Below the pieces are notes generated by a model. The model did no database searches. It saw only the letters and a program-made list of their open reading frames with translations, and was not told the origin of the DNA. The translations under genes were made by a program, and so were the position numbers. From an uncultured Candidatus Saccharibacteria bacterium (GTDB taxonomy: Bacteria; Patescibacteriota; Saccharimonadia; Saccharimonadales; Saccharimonadaceae): a DNA stretch of 64,000 nucleotides. Positions 46,758 through 56,044 of the stretch are shown here, one piece after another. Each line of letters starts with the position of its first letter. Position 1 is the stretch's first letter. The DNA lies in NCBI GenBank assembly GCA_964630185.1, contig CAZVTQ010000003.1, positions 109,175 through 173,174 of the forward strand, in the 5' to 3' direction.

Positions 46758-47487
46758 ACCAAGCTTCTCAGGAACTACAAGTGAGTGCCTGAAGCACCTG
46801 TTCGAAAGCCATGAGTGGGATCTTGTTAGGCCTTGCCTAGCTAACTTCTCTCAGGTTGACGAACAAACGGTTCGACACTGGTATAAGCAAAAAAATGCTC
46901 CAGTTGGCCCCTCTCTTTTAAAGGTAAGGGTTTTTCTGGACCTGCTCGGATATCAAGTGAAAGAGTTCTATACATTGCCAGACGTGACTAAGGACTTTAG
47001 TCGTCTGATTGTGTTTGGGCACATTTCAGTTGAAGATGCTCGTAAGACCCTAAACTATGCCGACGACAAAGGATTGTTCGACATAGTGCTTCGAGCGAAG
47101 TCAGCACAGCGGGATCGCATCTACAGACTGGAACGGTTCGTCGAACGCTCGAGCGATGAGCTCGATAATTTGACGCAGAAGTTCAAGAAGCAGATCATGG
47201 ATGAACTGCACCTCAGTTATGAGCAGGATGTCCAAGAAGAGCAGCCGCCTACTGCACAGGTGGATCTTTCGGGCTATGTAAGTCTGGAAGATCCAATGAT
47301 TGCAGCTGTTGTGACTACCATTGCATCAGCTGAAGCAGTAATAAGCATGCTTGACTGGAATTCTCAGGCAGATGAGCTTGTCAGTAAGATCGCTGAAAAG
47401 GTTGATTTTACTGACTTGCGAAGTCTCATCTCGTCTCTTGAGGCAATTGAGTCGGTTGTAGTACAGGGCTGGTCTGAGAGCCGATAA
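46744..47487 (+). CDS. Hypothetical partner protein (247 aa), translationally coupled to the ParB-like gene
   Basis: The ATG at 46744 overlaps the upstream stop region by 14 nt, with AAGGAG 9 nt upstream. The N-terminal third could be HTH-like (weak). A coiled-coil-like middle follows. Confidence 0.55.
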   Translation: MTMNEPSFSGTTSECLKHLFESHEWDLVRPCLANFSQVDEQTVRHWYKQKNAPVGPSLLKVRVFLDLLGYQVKEFYTLPDVTKDFSRLIVFGHISVEDARKTLNYADDKGLFDIVLRAKSAQRDRIYRLERFVERSSDELDNLTQKFKKQIMDELHLSYEQDVQEEQPPTAQVDLSGYVSLEDPMIAAVVTTIASAEAVISMLDWNSQADELVSKIAEKVDFTDLRSLISSLEAIESVVVQGWSESR

Positions 47488-47523
47488 TCTCAGGTAAATT
47501 CCTCAAAACTTTTGAGGTTGTGT

Positions 47524-47552
47524 GGCGGGTGTGACCTTTTGGTCACCCCGCC
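47524..47552 (+). terminator. Hairpin after the two-gene module
   Basis: GGCGGGTGTGACC-TTTT-GGTCACCCCGCC. Confidence 0.6.
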
Positions 47553-47614
47553 GCATATTTAACTTTTTACATATTTACTCAAGTATATTGAGCACGCATG
47601 TAATAAAGTTAAAA

Positions 47615-48082
47615 CTATCTATTGATATTTCGTTTTGTATCGCGGTCTATGTCGCGGCGTTTGATCGTTTCGCGCTTGTCATAGTTCTTCTTACCCTTAC
47701 CTACTGCTATGACCAATTTAATGTGGCGACCGGTTGTGAGAAGTTTTGTTGGAACAATGGTGTAGCCTGCCTGTCTTTTAGACATGAATTCATCGATTTG
47801 CTTGCGGTGTGCCAGTAGTTTTCTGGGAGTGGTGTCGACTGTGCGAGCATTTGTTTTACCTTTTTCGTTAAGTCTTAAGCTGAAGCTGGCGTTGTTTAGG
47901 TACAGTTCTGAGTTATGTACATTCACGAAAGCACCTTTTAGCTGCACATGGGAATCGCGTGCTGCTCGGACTTCTGGCCCCGTCAGGACTATTCCTACTA
48001 CTAGTTCATCGCCCAATTCATAATCAAACCGTGCGCGACGGTTGACCAAACTCGAAACTGGCTTTTTGGGCTTTTTACTCAT
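47615..48082 (-). CDS. smpB: SsrA-binding protein SmpB
   Basis: NRRARFDYELGDELVVGIVLTGPEV...GAFV, with a basic C-terminal tail. Confidence 0.95.
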   Translation of the reverse strand: MSKKPKKPVSSLVNRRARFDYELGDELVVGIVLTGPEVRAARDSHVQLKGAFVNVHNSELYLNNASFSLRLNEKGKTNARTVDTTPRKLLAHRKQIDEFMSKRQAGYTIVPTKLLTTGRHIKLVIAVGKGKKNYDKRETIKRRDIDRDTKRNINR

Positions 48083-48174
48083 AACCTTTATTGTATCCTA
48101 TCTTACATAAAAAACACCTCTCGTGGATATACTGTGGCATCCTTGCCGTATATATCGTTACGAGAGGTTTTGTA

Positions 48175-48567
48175 CTACTTGCCCTTCGAGAAGGTCGTTC
48201 CTGCTTTGACGGTTATACCGTCGGGCACAGTGGCGCCGGGTTCGACGCAGGCCCCTTCTTCGATAGTGACATTGTCGCCAATAGTGACGCTTTCGGCCTC
48301 GCCTGCATTCGGACGCTTGGTTCCGATAGTTGCCTTTGCACCTATGACGCAGCCCTTGCCTACAACAACCAACCTACCAATGACAGCCGATGGATCAACT
48401 AAGCTGTCGGGTTGAATCTCTGATGTTTCAAAGATTTGGATTCTCCCAAGACTTTTGTCCTTTAGGTTGAAGAACCACTTTTTGTCACGAGCCAAAATTG
48501 GTCGGTGTTCGACGGTATTCTGAGATACTGGCACGCAGTCCCCTTTAATCGATTTGACAAAGTACAT
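48175..48567 (-). CDS. Small hexapeptide-repeat (left-handed beta-helix) protein
   Basis: Consecutive [LIV]-G-x4-type hexads: VIGRLV VVGKGC VIGAKA TIGTKR ... TIGDNV TIEEGA CVEPGA TVPDGI TVKAGT. Confidence 0.55.
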   Translation of the reverse strand: MYFVKSIKGDCVPVSQNTVEHRPILARDKKWFFNLKDKSLGRIQIFETSEIQPDSLVDPSAVIGRLVVVGKGCVIGAKATIGTKRPNAGEAESVTIGDNVTIEEGACVEPGATVPDGITVKAGTTFSKGK

Positions 48568-48617
48568 TAACGATTATAAACAATCTAAATAATAAATCAA
48601 TAACTACTTAAGTTATA

Positions 48618-48646
48618 TTGTAAAATATTATATTTTATGCTATAAT
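48618..48646 (+). promoter_or_regulatory. Extended -10 promoter (TTGTAA-N17-[TGc]TATAAT)
   Basis: The -35 is at 48618-48623 and TGCTATAAT at 48638-48646. It is part of a 24-nt cassette also seen at 26881-26903 and 27602-27625. Confidence 0.55.
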
Positions 48647-48680
48647 AATACTAGTACCTTAATAATCTACGACTTACCTT

Positions 48681-49649
48681 TTGAAAGGGGTGAGGACTGT
48701 GAACTGGCTGCTGCTAGTTGTAATAGGTCTTTTAGGATTTGTTGCGGCTTTGATTAGCGCCGCAATCCTTCTCCTGATTTTTGACGCAGTTCTGCGTCTA
48801 TTGTTTTGGAGGAACGAGCAGGCTGTTGACATGGAAGTACTGGCACCCGACGGTTCAAGTACTACATTCATTGTTTATTTGCCTGGAATATTGGCAAGCG
48901 CAACAATGATGCCAGAACGGCTGGTCAAAACAATGGCTCAGTTTGGTGAAGTATGGGGTGTTAATTACCTCTCGCCTCGCTTTCGTCCTAAGCGAATCGT
49001 CAGTGTGGTATCTAGATGGATAATTGCATGTTGCGAGAAGGATTCTCGTATCGAACATGTCATACTCGTTGGAAGTTCGATGGGTGGCCTGCTCGCTTAT
49101 GACATCAACAAAAAGCTGTCAAAGAGTCCACTCATGAAGAATGTGGAGATTGGGCTAATGCCTATCGATGCTCCTACGGGAAGCAAAGATCTGCAGCCGC
49201 CGTTTGATTTTCTGTCTCCGTTTGTTCGTATAATCCCATTTGGTCCCTTGTGGAACCTCTTGAGGAAACCGATCATGAAACGGCTGGTTATTCCGCCAAA
49301 GGAAGGCGAAATTGACTACGACATTGACCTCGAGTGGTTGGAACAGCAGGTCGAAGGAGCACGCAGTTTTCTGCCGTCGTTCTGGTATGACCAAACCATG
49401 TACATCGTTCGTCATGGTGCTCTAGAGGCTAACTCGATCGACTGTCCTGTTGTTTACATCAGGTCCACCGAGGATGACGACACTGTCAATCCACGGGCTG
49501 CTGATAGCTGGCGGCAAGCAGTGAGTCCAATCTCACCAGTCAGTTTCATGCTAGACGCCGAAGGCGCAAAGCATGCGGCATACGCTCAAAATCCTCGTGC
49601 ATACGAGGAAGCGTTACCGTTTGCGTTTAGGCTTCTGATTGGTTATTAG
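48681..49649 (+). CDS. Alpha/beta-fold hydrolase with an N-terminal membrane anchor
   Basis: Nucleophile elbow GSSMGG and an N-terminal TM helix. The start may be the GTG at 48699 rather than the TTG at 48681. Confidence 0.6.
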   Translation: MKGVRTVNWLLLVVIGLLGFVAALISAAILLLIFDAVLRLLFWRNEQAVDMEVLAPDGSSTTFIVYLPGILASATMMPERLVKTMAQFGEVWGVNYLSPRFRPKRIVSVVSRWIIACCEKDSRIEHVILVGSSMGGLLAYDINKKLSKSPLMKNVEIGLMPIDAPTGSKDLQPPFDFLSPFVRIIPFGPLWNLLRKPIMKRLVIPPKEGEIDYDIDLEWLEQQVEGARSFLPSFWYDQTMYIVRHGALEANSIDCPVVYIRSTEDDDTVNPRAADSWRQAVSPISPVSFMLDAEGAKHAAYAQNPRAYEEALPFAFRLLIGY

Positions 49650-49684
49650 TTAAGGTATTCGGCCCGTCATTCGTGACGGGCCTT

Positions 49685-50758
49685 TTACTTTTTCAAACCG
49701 TTTTTGTGTAGCTTCTTCATAGTTTTTAGAAGTTCTTGGGCGGATTTTTTCCAAGTGAATTTGCCAGCTTGCGCCTTGCCTTTTTTGGTCATTTGCGCGC
49801 GTATAGTCTTTTTTTCGAGCTTTCGCACTTGTTTTGCAAAGTCTTTTGGTGAGTCAGGGTCAAAGAATAATCCGGCGTCCCCTGCTACTTCATGGAAAAT
49901 CTCTATGTCGCTACATATAACTGGTACACTTACGCTCATAGCCTCAATGATAGGCAGGCCAAAGCCTTCTTCTTTGCTCGCTGTTACGAGTGCGTGAGCG
50001 CTCCCCAGTATCTCAGCATATTCTTTGTCACTCACACCGCCAAAAAACTCTACTCGAGCGTCTTTGCCGGCTAGTTCTACAAGTTCTTTTTCGCGCCGCG
50101 GGTTTATGCTTGAGAGTAAAAGTAAGTCATATCCAGGCAAATACTCAAGCGAGGCAATGAGTGTCTCAACGTTTTTATATGGCATGAAAGACCCCATATA
50201 GACTAATTTTTTTGCTGGTTTCTTTAGCTTGACCTTAAGTGGACTAGGCGCATTGTAGGCAACCGTAATCGGTTTTTTGGTTATATTGTGGTGCTGGATA
50301 TATTTTTTGGAAGTGTGACTCACAGTTGCTATAGCATCTGCTTGGTTGAGTAGAGTCCGTTGTGGCCAATAAGAAATATGGAATAAACGCCAGACAACGC
50401 GCACTGGCCAAATTAAAAATGTCGGTGGCTTTGGATGTCGATAGTAAATCAAGTCTTGCAGAGTAAGTATTAGTTTGTATTTCCTTCCCCATATACCCAT
50501 ATACTGCAAAGGGCTAAAAACGATATCAGCCCCTAGCTCGTTAAGTTTTCGTGCGAGTAATAGTTCTCGTGGTGAGATCGGATTGTTTACTATGACGTAC
50601 GGTATTTTTTTGGGTAGAAAAGCCAGTTGCTTTTCGTCGTGTATGAGCACTGTGATTGGGTGAATTTTGTGCAAAGCCCCAAGTAAGCTCGAGCCGTAGC
50701 GGCTAATGCCATCGTGAAATTCAGTTTGGGTCCAGCGTGCGTCTACAAAAATCTTCAT
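49685..50758 (-). CDS. GT-B glycosyltransferase (GT4/GT1-like)
   Basis: C-terminal EEGFGLPIIEAMSVSVPVICSD (E-x7-E region). Confidence 0.8.
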   Translation of the reverse strand: MKIFVDARWTQTEFHDGISRYGSSLLGALHKIHPITVLIHDEKQLAFLPKKIPYVIVNNPISPRELLLARKLNELGADIVFSPLQYMGIWGRKYKLILTLQDLIYYRHPKPPTFLIWPVRVVWRLFHISYWPQRTLLNQADAIATVSHTSKKYIQHHNITKKPITVAYNAPSPLKVKLKKPAKKLVYMGSFMPYKNVETLIASLEYLPGYDLLLLSSINPRREKELVELAGKDARVEFFGGVSDKEYAEILGSAHALVTASKEEGFGLPIIEAMSVSVPVICSDIEIFHEVAGDAGLFFDPDSPKDFAKQVRKLEKKTIRAQMTKKGKAQAGKFTWKKSAQELLKTMKKLHKNGLKK

Positions 50759-51105
50759 GGCTTTTTGTTAGTTTTTTCAGAAGATTCTTTTCTTTGCAAA
50801 TATATACAATAACCAGCGAGAGCAACGAGCCAAATTACTTGAGATAGCACAAAAAGTCCTACTGTGGAGTCTAATTGTGGCCAGAGATGATCGAGAGCGA
50901 TAATTCTAAATAAATTTCCCTCTTGGAAATCTTTGAAGAGCATAAGGGTGTATGAAATAAACAGATGTATGCTGGCAAAAGTAAGCACTGTATATTTGAG
51001 GGCTTGCAGAAGTATACGTCTGTTGGGCATAGAAAAAGTATAACACTTTGTTCTGCTATAATTAACCCTAGTATTATGCGTATTGTAATAGCAAATGATC
51101 AGCAC
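50755..51105 (-). CDS. Hypothetical 3-TM membrane protein
   Basis: Hydrophobic 116-aa ORF with a 4-nt overlap with the downstream GT gene. The start is uncertain. Confidence 0.4.
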   Translation of the reverse strand: MLIICYYNTHNTRVNYSRTKCYTFSMPNRRILLQALKYTVLTFASIHLFISYTLMLFKDFQEGNLFRIIALDHLWPQLDSTVGLFVLSQVIWLVALAGYCIYLQRKESSEKTNKKP

Positions 51106-52251
51106 TGGCCTATGGTGAGCGGTGTCGCTACTGCCGCTCGTACGTTAGCGCTCGGACTTACTCGTGCTGGGCACGATGTATTGGTTATTGCCCCGTCTCA
51201 AACTGGCGGACGCTATGAGGAGCAGGATGAGGGCTACCAGATTGTTCGTACCCGCTCTGTACGCTTCCCTTTTCGACAGAACTTGCGTATTTCGGTGGTA
51301 TTGGAACGCGAGGTTCGTAGTATTTTGAAAGAATTTCAACCAGATATTGTTCATGTTCACACTCAGCTAGGAGTTGGGCTGGCTACTATTACTAGCGCTG
51401 GCAAGCTTTCTATTCCAGTTGTAGCAACAAACCACGTGATGCCGGAAAATATTATTAAAAACGTACGTATCATCACTCCACTAGCGAAGCCTGTTAGTAG
51501 TATTTTTACTCGTTACGGCATGCTTCTTTATAAGGGTGCAAGTTGCATCATCATGCCAACGCAGTCTGCGATTGATCTATTCAAAAATGCATCGGTAGAT
51601 GTGCCGATTGTACCAATCTCGAACGGTATTGATTTGAGCCACTTTCGTCCACTTGCTGCCAAAAAAAGTACATATGTAACCTTTCAGCTCCCTGTTGATA
51701 GGCCAATTGTGAGCTATGTGGGCAGGCTTGACCGTGAGAAGCATGTACATATATTGCTACATGCCGCTAAGTCCGTTTTAAAAGAACATAAAGCACATTT
51801 TCTGATTGTTGGCGACGGCAATGCTACGGAAAGTCTTGAGGACTTTGCGCAAGCGCTTGGTATAGCCGATTCAGTTACTTTTACGGGTCGAGTGAGCGAT
51901 GATGATTTGTTACAGTTACATCGTATAGGCGATATTTTTGTTATGCCCTCACCTGCCGAGCTTCAGAGTCTTGCGCTACTGGAATCTATGGCGTCGGGCA
52001 AACCAGCCATCGCCGTTTCAGCTGGGGCATTGCCGGAATTATGCCAGGATGGGCGCAACGGTTTTATAGTACCCGTAGACAATGTCAGAATAATGTCCGA
52101 GAGAATATCGCGGCTACTTGGTGATGAAAAGCTTCGTAAAAAATTCAGTAGCGAGAGTCTCAAGATTGCCAGGGCGCACGATATCAAAAACGTTATCAAA
52201 CGATTTGAAGATATATACAAAGAAGTTATTTCTACTTATTCAAAAAACTAA
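51076..52251 (+). CDS. GT4-family glycosyltransferase
   Basis: Start set at the ATG at 51076 (MRIVIANDQHWPMVSGVA). C-terminal PSPAELQSLALLESMASGKPAIA. Confidence 0.85.
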   Translation: MRIVIANDQHWPMVSGVATAARTLALGLTRAGHDVLVIAPSQTGGRYEEQDEGYQIVRTRSVRFPFRQNLRISVVLEREVRSILKEFQPDIVHVHTQLGVGLATITSAGKLSIPVVATNHVMPENIIKNVRIITPLAKPVSSIFTRYGMLLYKGASCIIMPTQSAIDLFKNASVDVPIVPISNGIDLSHFRPLAAKKSTYVTFQLPVDRPIVSYVGRLDREKHVHILLHAAKSVLKEHKAHFLIVGDGNATESLEDFAQALGIADSVTFTGRVSDDDLLQLHRIGDIFVMPSPAELQSLALLESMASGKPAIAVSAGALPELCQDGRNGFIVPVDNVRIMSERISRLLGDEKLRKKFSSESLKIARAHDIKNVIKRFEDIYKEVISTYSKN

Positions 52252-53104
52252 GAATTGAGCCAGCAATAGCTTCAGGCTCTTCATAGTGCGACAAATGCCC
52301 AGCGTCGGCTAGCTCTACCAACTGCGCTTGTCGAAATGCTTGGACGGCTTTTTTTTGCTGAATTATTGGACATTGTCCGTCTTTATCACCCCCGACAATA
52401 AGCACTTCTTTTGTAATTTTACTCGCCTCTTTGACTACACCTGATCGGTTAGTTTCGCGAAATAAACGATAGGTTTGCTTTGGATTTTGAACATATTTTG
52501 TGTTTTCAATGTGCTGGTCTATGATTTCATTTCTTAAGTCTTTGTCTGAAGTCGTTAACATATGTTTTGTTATCGTTTTTGTAACAAAATGGCTTTTAAG
52601 TACCTTTTTGCCAACAGGTCCAGGGGTTGCTCCAACCCAAAAGTACATCTGACTTATTAATTTACCTATGTAGCGTGCGTCGGGAAAACTAATTGGTGTT
52701 GCAACCGGACTTACTAATATAGTTTTTTTGTCACTTATACCAGGGTTGATTGTATGTAGCCTTGCTACAACGAGTGAACCGTATGAGTGGCCAAGTACCG
52801 TTGGTGGATTTTTTAATTGAAGTTTTTGTATTAAACCTGCTAGGACTTCGGCGTGGTATTGGATAGTCATTTTTTGCTTGCCAATTTCTGAAAGTCCAAA
52901 GCCTGGTAAATCGAGGGTTATCACCGTGAAGTAATTTGTAAGAAACGGTACAATCTTGTAAAAGCCACGGTGGTCGCCTGTAAAACCATGCACAAGAATA
53001 ATAACTGGTTGCTCTAGGCTACCATGCTGCCAGTAGTGAAGTTCGTTCCCCAGTATTTTCAGGGTTTTGTGTTCTGCGCTCAATGTCATGTCTACAGTAT
53101 ACAA
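52232..53104 (-). CDS. Alpha/beta-fold hydrolase
   Basis: HGFTGDHRGF and nucleophile elbow GHSYGS, with a C-terminal GHLSH. Confidence 0.75.
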   Translation of the reverse strand: MYTVDMTLSAEHKTLKILGNELHYWQHGSLEQPVIILVHGFTGDHRGFYKIVPFLTNYFTVITLDLPGFGLSEIGKQKMTIQYHAEVLAGLIQKLQLKNPPTVLGHSYGSLVVARLHTINPGISDKKTILVSPVATPISFPDARYIGKLISQMYFWVGATPGPVGKKVLKSHFVTKTITKHMLTTSDKDLRNEIIDQHIENTKYVQNPKQTYRLFRETNRSGVVKEASKITKEVLIVGGDKDGQCPIIQQKKAVQAFRQAQLVELADAGHLSHYEEPEAIAGSILSFLNK

Positions 53105-53131
53105 GCTGTTATAATAGATAGGATACTAACT

Positions 53132-54175
53132 ATGAAAAAAATACTTATAAATATGATCAGTGAAAGTGAAATTTCAGTTCGTGGTCACGGTGTTCACACT
53201 GCTTACTTAGAGCTTGCTAAAGCTTTGAAGGCACGTGATGATTGTGACGTTGTAGTGAATGAGTTTACACAAAATGTTCATGCTGATATTACCCACATTC
53301 ATACTATCGGACTACTTTCGCTGTCCAAGCTTCTCTTTGGTAAAGGAAAGAAAGTTATTTCTGCTCATGTTGTACCCGACTCTCTTGTAGGTTCAATTGC
53401 TTTAGCGAGCGTGTGGCTACCTCTTGCAAAAGCATATATGAAATTCTTTTATCGTCGCGGGGATAAAGTTTTGGCTGTTTCTAGTATGGTTGCTGATATT
53501 TTGCAAAACGACCTAGGGGTTGCAAAGGAAAAGATTGAAATTACCCACAATACTATTGATACATCTCAGTACAAAACTACTGAAGCAGATAAAAAAGCTT
53601 CACGAAAGAAACTCAATATTTTTGATGGTACATTTGTGGTAGCAGGTAACGGCCAAATCCAACCACGTAAACGTTTTGATAGCTTTGTTGAAATGGCCGA
53701 AAGCTTACCAGATATCAGTTTCATCTGGATAGGCGGAATTCCTTTTAAAAATATCGGGGCCGACTACAAAAAAATGCAGAAATTGATAGAAGAAACACCG
53801 AAGAATCTACTCGTTACCGGTGTTATTGAGCTTGAGGATGTAAAATCATATCTACAAGCATCCGACGTGTTTGTTCTGCCTGCTGAACAGGAAAATCACC
53901 CAATGGCTGTTATAGAAGCTGCAGCTGCAGGTTTGCCTATTGTACTGCGTGATATTCCAGAATATGACGATACTTTCGGTAACGATATTGTCAGGTGTAA
54001 AACTCAGAACGATTTTGTAAAAGCAGTACAAAACTTACGCGCAGACGACTCAATGTATAACAAATTTGTATCAGCTTCAAAAAAAATTGCACAAAGATTT
54101 GACTCCAGCGCTGGTGCAAGTCAAGCGATGGGCATATATAAAACACTTCTGAAAAATGAAGGAATTACTTCATGA
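53132..54175 (+). CDS. GT-B glycosyltransferase
   Basis: Start set at the ATG at 53132. PAEQENHPMAVIEAAAAGLPIVLRD. Confidence 0.75.
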   Translation: MKKILINMISESEISVRGHGVHTAYLELAKALKARDDCDVVVNEFTQNVHADITHIHTIGLLSLSKLLFGKGKKVISAHVVPDSLVGSIALASVWLPLAKAYMKFFYRRGDKVLAVSSMVADILQNDLGVAKEKIEITHNTIDTSQYKTTEADKKASRKKLNIFDGTFVVAGNGQIQPRKRFDSFVEMAESLPDISFIWIGGIPFKNIGADYKKMQKLIEETPKNLLVTGVIELEDVKSYLQASDVFVLPAEQENHPMAVIEAAAAGLPIVLRDIPEYDDTFGNDIVRCKTQNDFVKAVQNLRADDSMYNKFVSASKKIAQRFDSSAGASQAMGIYKTLLKNEGITS

Positions 54176-55533
54176 GAATAGGTCTTTTCACTGATACGTA
54201 TAGACCGTCGATAAACGGTATTGTATATGTTATTGATATAACCAAAAAACACCTTGAAGATCTCGGACATGAAGTATATGTGTTTTGTCCTGCAGACGGT
54301 GTTACTGCTACTAAAGTACGTGAAGATGAAGAGTATGGCATTATACGTTTTCCTAGCGTAAAGGGTGCTTTTTATGATGACTACAACTTTTCGTTTTTCT
54401 TCCCACCATGGAGTCTGCGTAAAATACGAGAACTTGACCTTGATGTCATACATATTTTCACCCCAGGTCAGATAGGAATACTTGGCATTAATGCGGCGTA
54501 CAAGACAGGCGTTCCGCTCGTCACTCAACATAGCACAGACATATACGAATATGTACGGCATTACCCTATGGTTTTACCTGGCCTCTTAATGCTTGTTCCT
54601 CTCACTCCATTTGCCACCAAATTTCACGGACGTGATATCAAGGAGCTCATCAAACTCTATATCCCCCGCCCTGGTGTGACGAAGTGGAATCAAGACATCA
54701 TAGAAGCAATGATAACTATTGTGTATAGTCGTTGCGATAAGGTTATAGCTCTTTCTCAAAAAAGCAAAAATCAACTAGAAAGCTGGATGGATGGCGAGGA
54801 GTATTCGTACCCTATAGATGTACTGCCAACTGGTATCGATGCCTTGCCTGAAGCTACTGAAGAATCACTCAAAACTTTTCGTTCGAAGTACGGCTTTGAT
54901 GAAGATGATGAAATAGTCACCTACGTAGGTAGGCTTGGAGCAGAAAAAAATCTTGCAAGTCTTATACCAATGATTGAGGAAGTTTTGGAGTCGCGTCCGA
55001 AAGCTAAGCTTTTGTATGTTGGTGATTTTGAATACAAAGCTGCACTTGAACAGCTTGCTAGCAAATCATCTGCTAGTGAAAGAATTGTATTTACAGGAGC
55101 GTTACCTCGGGAAAGTTTAGGAACAGTGTATGGGGCTACATCAGTGTTCGTATTCCCTTCTCTGACTGACACTCAAGGATTAGTCATACATGAAGCAGCT
55201 TTGGCTGGCTGTCCTATAGTGTTGATTGATAAAGGGGTAAGTGAAGTTGTTGAAGACGGCGTGAATGGGTACATTGCAGACTCTTCAGAGGATATGGCTA
55301 GTAAAGTCGTTCCAATACTTTCTGATAAAAAGTTACGTCAAACATTTGGGCAAGCCAGTAAAAAGCTCGCTGGTCGCTATACAGAAGTAAAACAGACGAA
55401 AAAACTAGAAACTCTTTATATCGATGCAATAGCTTCGCATACCGAAAAACGTCGTACATCTATGCAAAAAATTTATAAGCACATACTTGTCATGCGTCGA
55501 AAAATAGCAAAGCGCATTAGTACTGATTTATAA
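54172..55533 (+). CDS. GT4-family glycosyltransferase
   Basis: MRIGLFTDTYRPSINGIV and FPSLTDTQGLVIHEAALAGCPIV. 4-nt overlap with the upstream GT gene. Confidence 0.85.
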   Translation: MRIGLFTDTYRPSINGIVYVIDITKKHLEDLGHEVYVFCPADGVTATKVREDEEYGIIRFPSVKGAFYDDYNFSFFFPPWSLRKIRELDLDVIHIFTPGQIGILGINAAYKTGVPLVTQHSTDIYEYVRHYPMVLPGLLMLVPLTPFATKFHGRDIKELIKLYIPRPGVTKWNQDIIEAMITIVYSRCDKVIALSQKSKNQLESWMDGEEYSYPIDVLPTGIDALPEATEESLKTFRSKYGFDEDDEIVTYVGRLGAEKNLASLIPMIEEVLESRPKAKLLYVGDFEYKAALEQLASKSSASERIVFTGALPRESLGTVYGATSVFVFPSLTDTQGLVIHEAALAGCPIVLIDKGVSEVVEDGVNGYIADSSEDMASKVVPILSDKKLRQTFGQASKKLAGRYTEVKQTKKLETLYIDAIASHTEKRRTSMQKIYKHILVMRRKIAKRISTDL

Positions 55534-55539
55534 AAGGTC

Positions 55540-56008
55540 AAAAAAATAACCCCGAAAACCGAGCGAACACAACACCTGATGTGGTGTCGACGGCCGGTTA
55601 GGCTATCGCAACTTTCTCGTGACGCGAGTCAAGAAAGTTGTGTGCTGGGGTAGAATTGCCTTAACAACTCACCCCTTCACTTGGTTTTCGGGGGGCGCTA
55701 GGAGCGCACAGGACACACAGTTAAGTGTCGATTGTTGACTTTTCGTGGTACGCGGAGTGCCACGGAGCCGCACGAAGCTTGCCGGTGCTTCGCTTGCTTA
55801 CAAAACGGTCACACGGATAACCGCCGTCAACGTAAGTCTACTGTATCTATCCTGCAACCTTCCCCGGATCATGGGAGATTACTGGACAGGCTTTAAAGAA
55901 CTACTCGCTCCACGGCCGCCTACGAAAGTGTCGTGGAGCGAGCTTTGGATCACATGCCAACTACCCAACAAAACGAGATAAATACCTGGAATGATACTCA
56001 CCTCGGAT
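55540..56008 (-). ncRNA. Candidate large structured ncRNA A (about 470 nt); strand assignment tentative
   Basis: No ORF above 78 aa, and 37/60 GC in line 55741-55800. On the minus strand a TTGTTT-N17-TATTAT promoter (56044..56016) lies upstream. The 3' end is a 145-nt domain closed by CCCCGAAAACCGAG/CTTGGTTTTCGGGG, followed by a U-run. It shares a 3' module with RNA B. Confidence 0.5.
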
Positions 56009-56044
56009 CGGCACAATAATACCATATGCTACTATTTTAAACAA

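Noticed and set aside
54121-54561. 146-aa minus-strand ORF antisense to the junction of two glycosyltransferase genes.
   Set aside because: It is fully overlapped by two plus-strand genes with clear GT motifs, and it is an AT-rich antisense frame.
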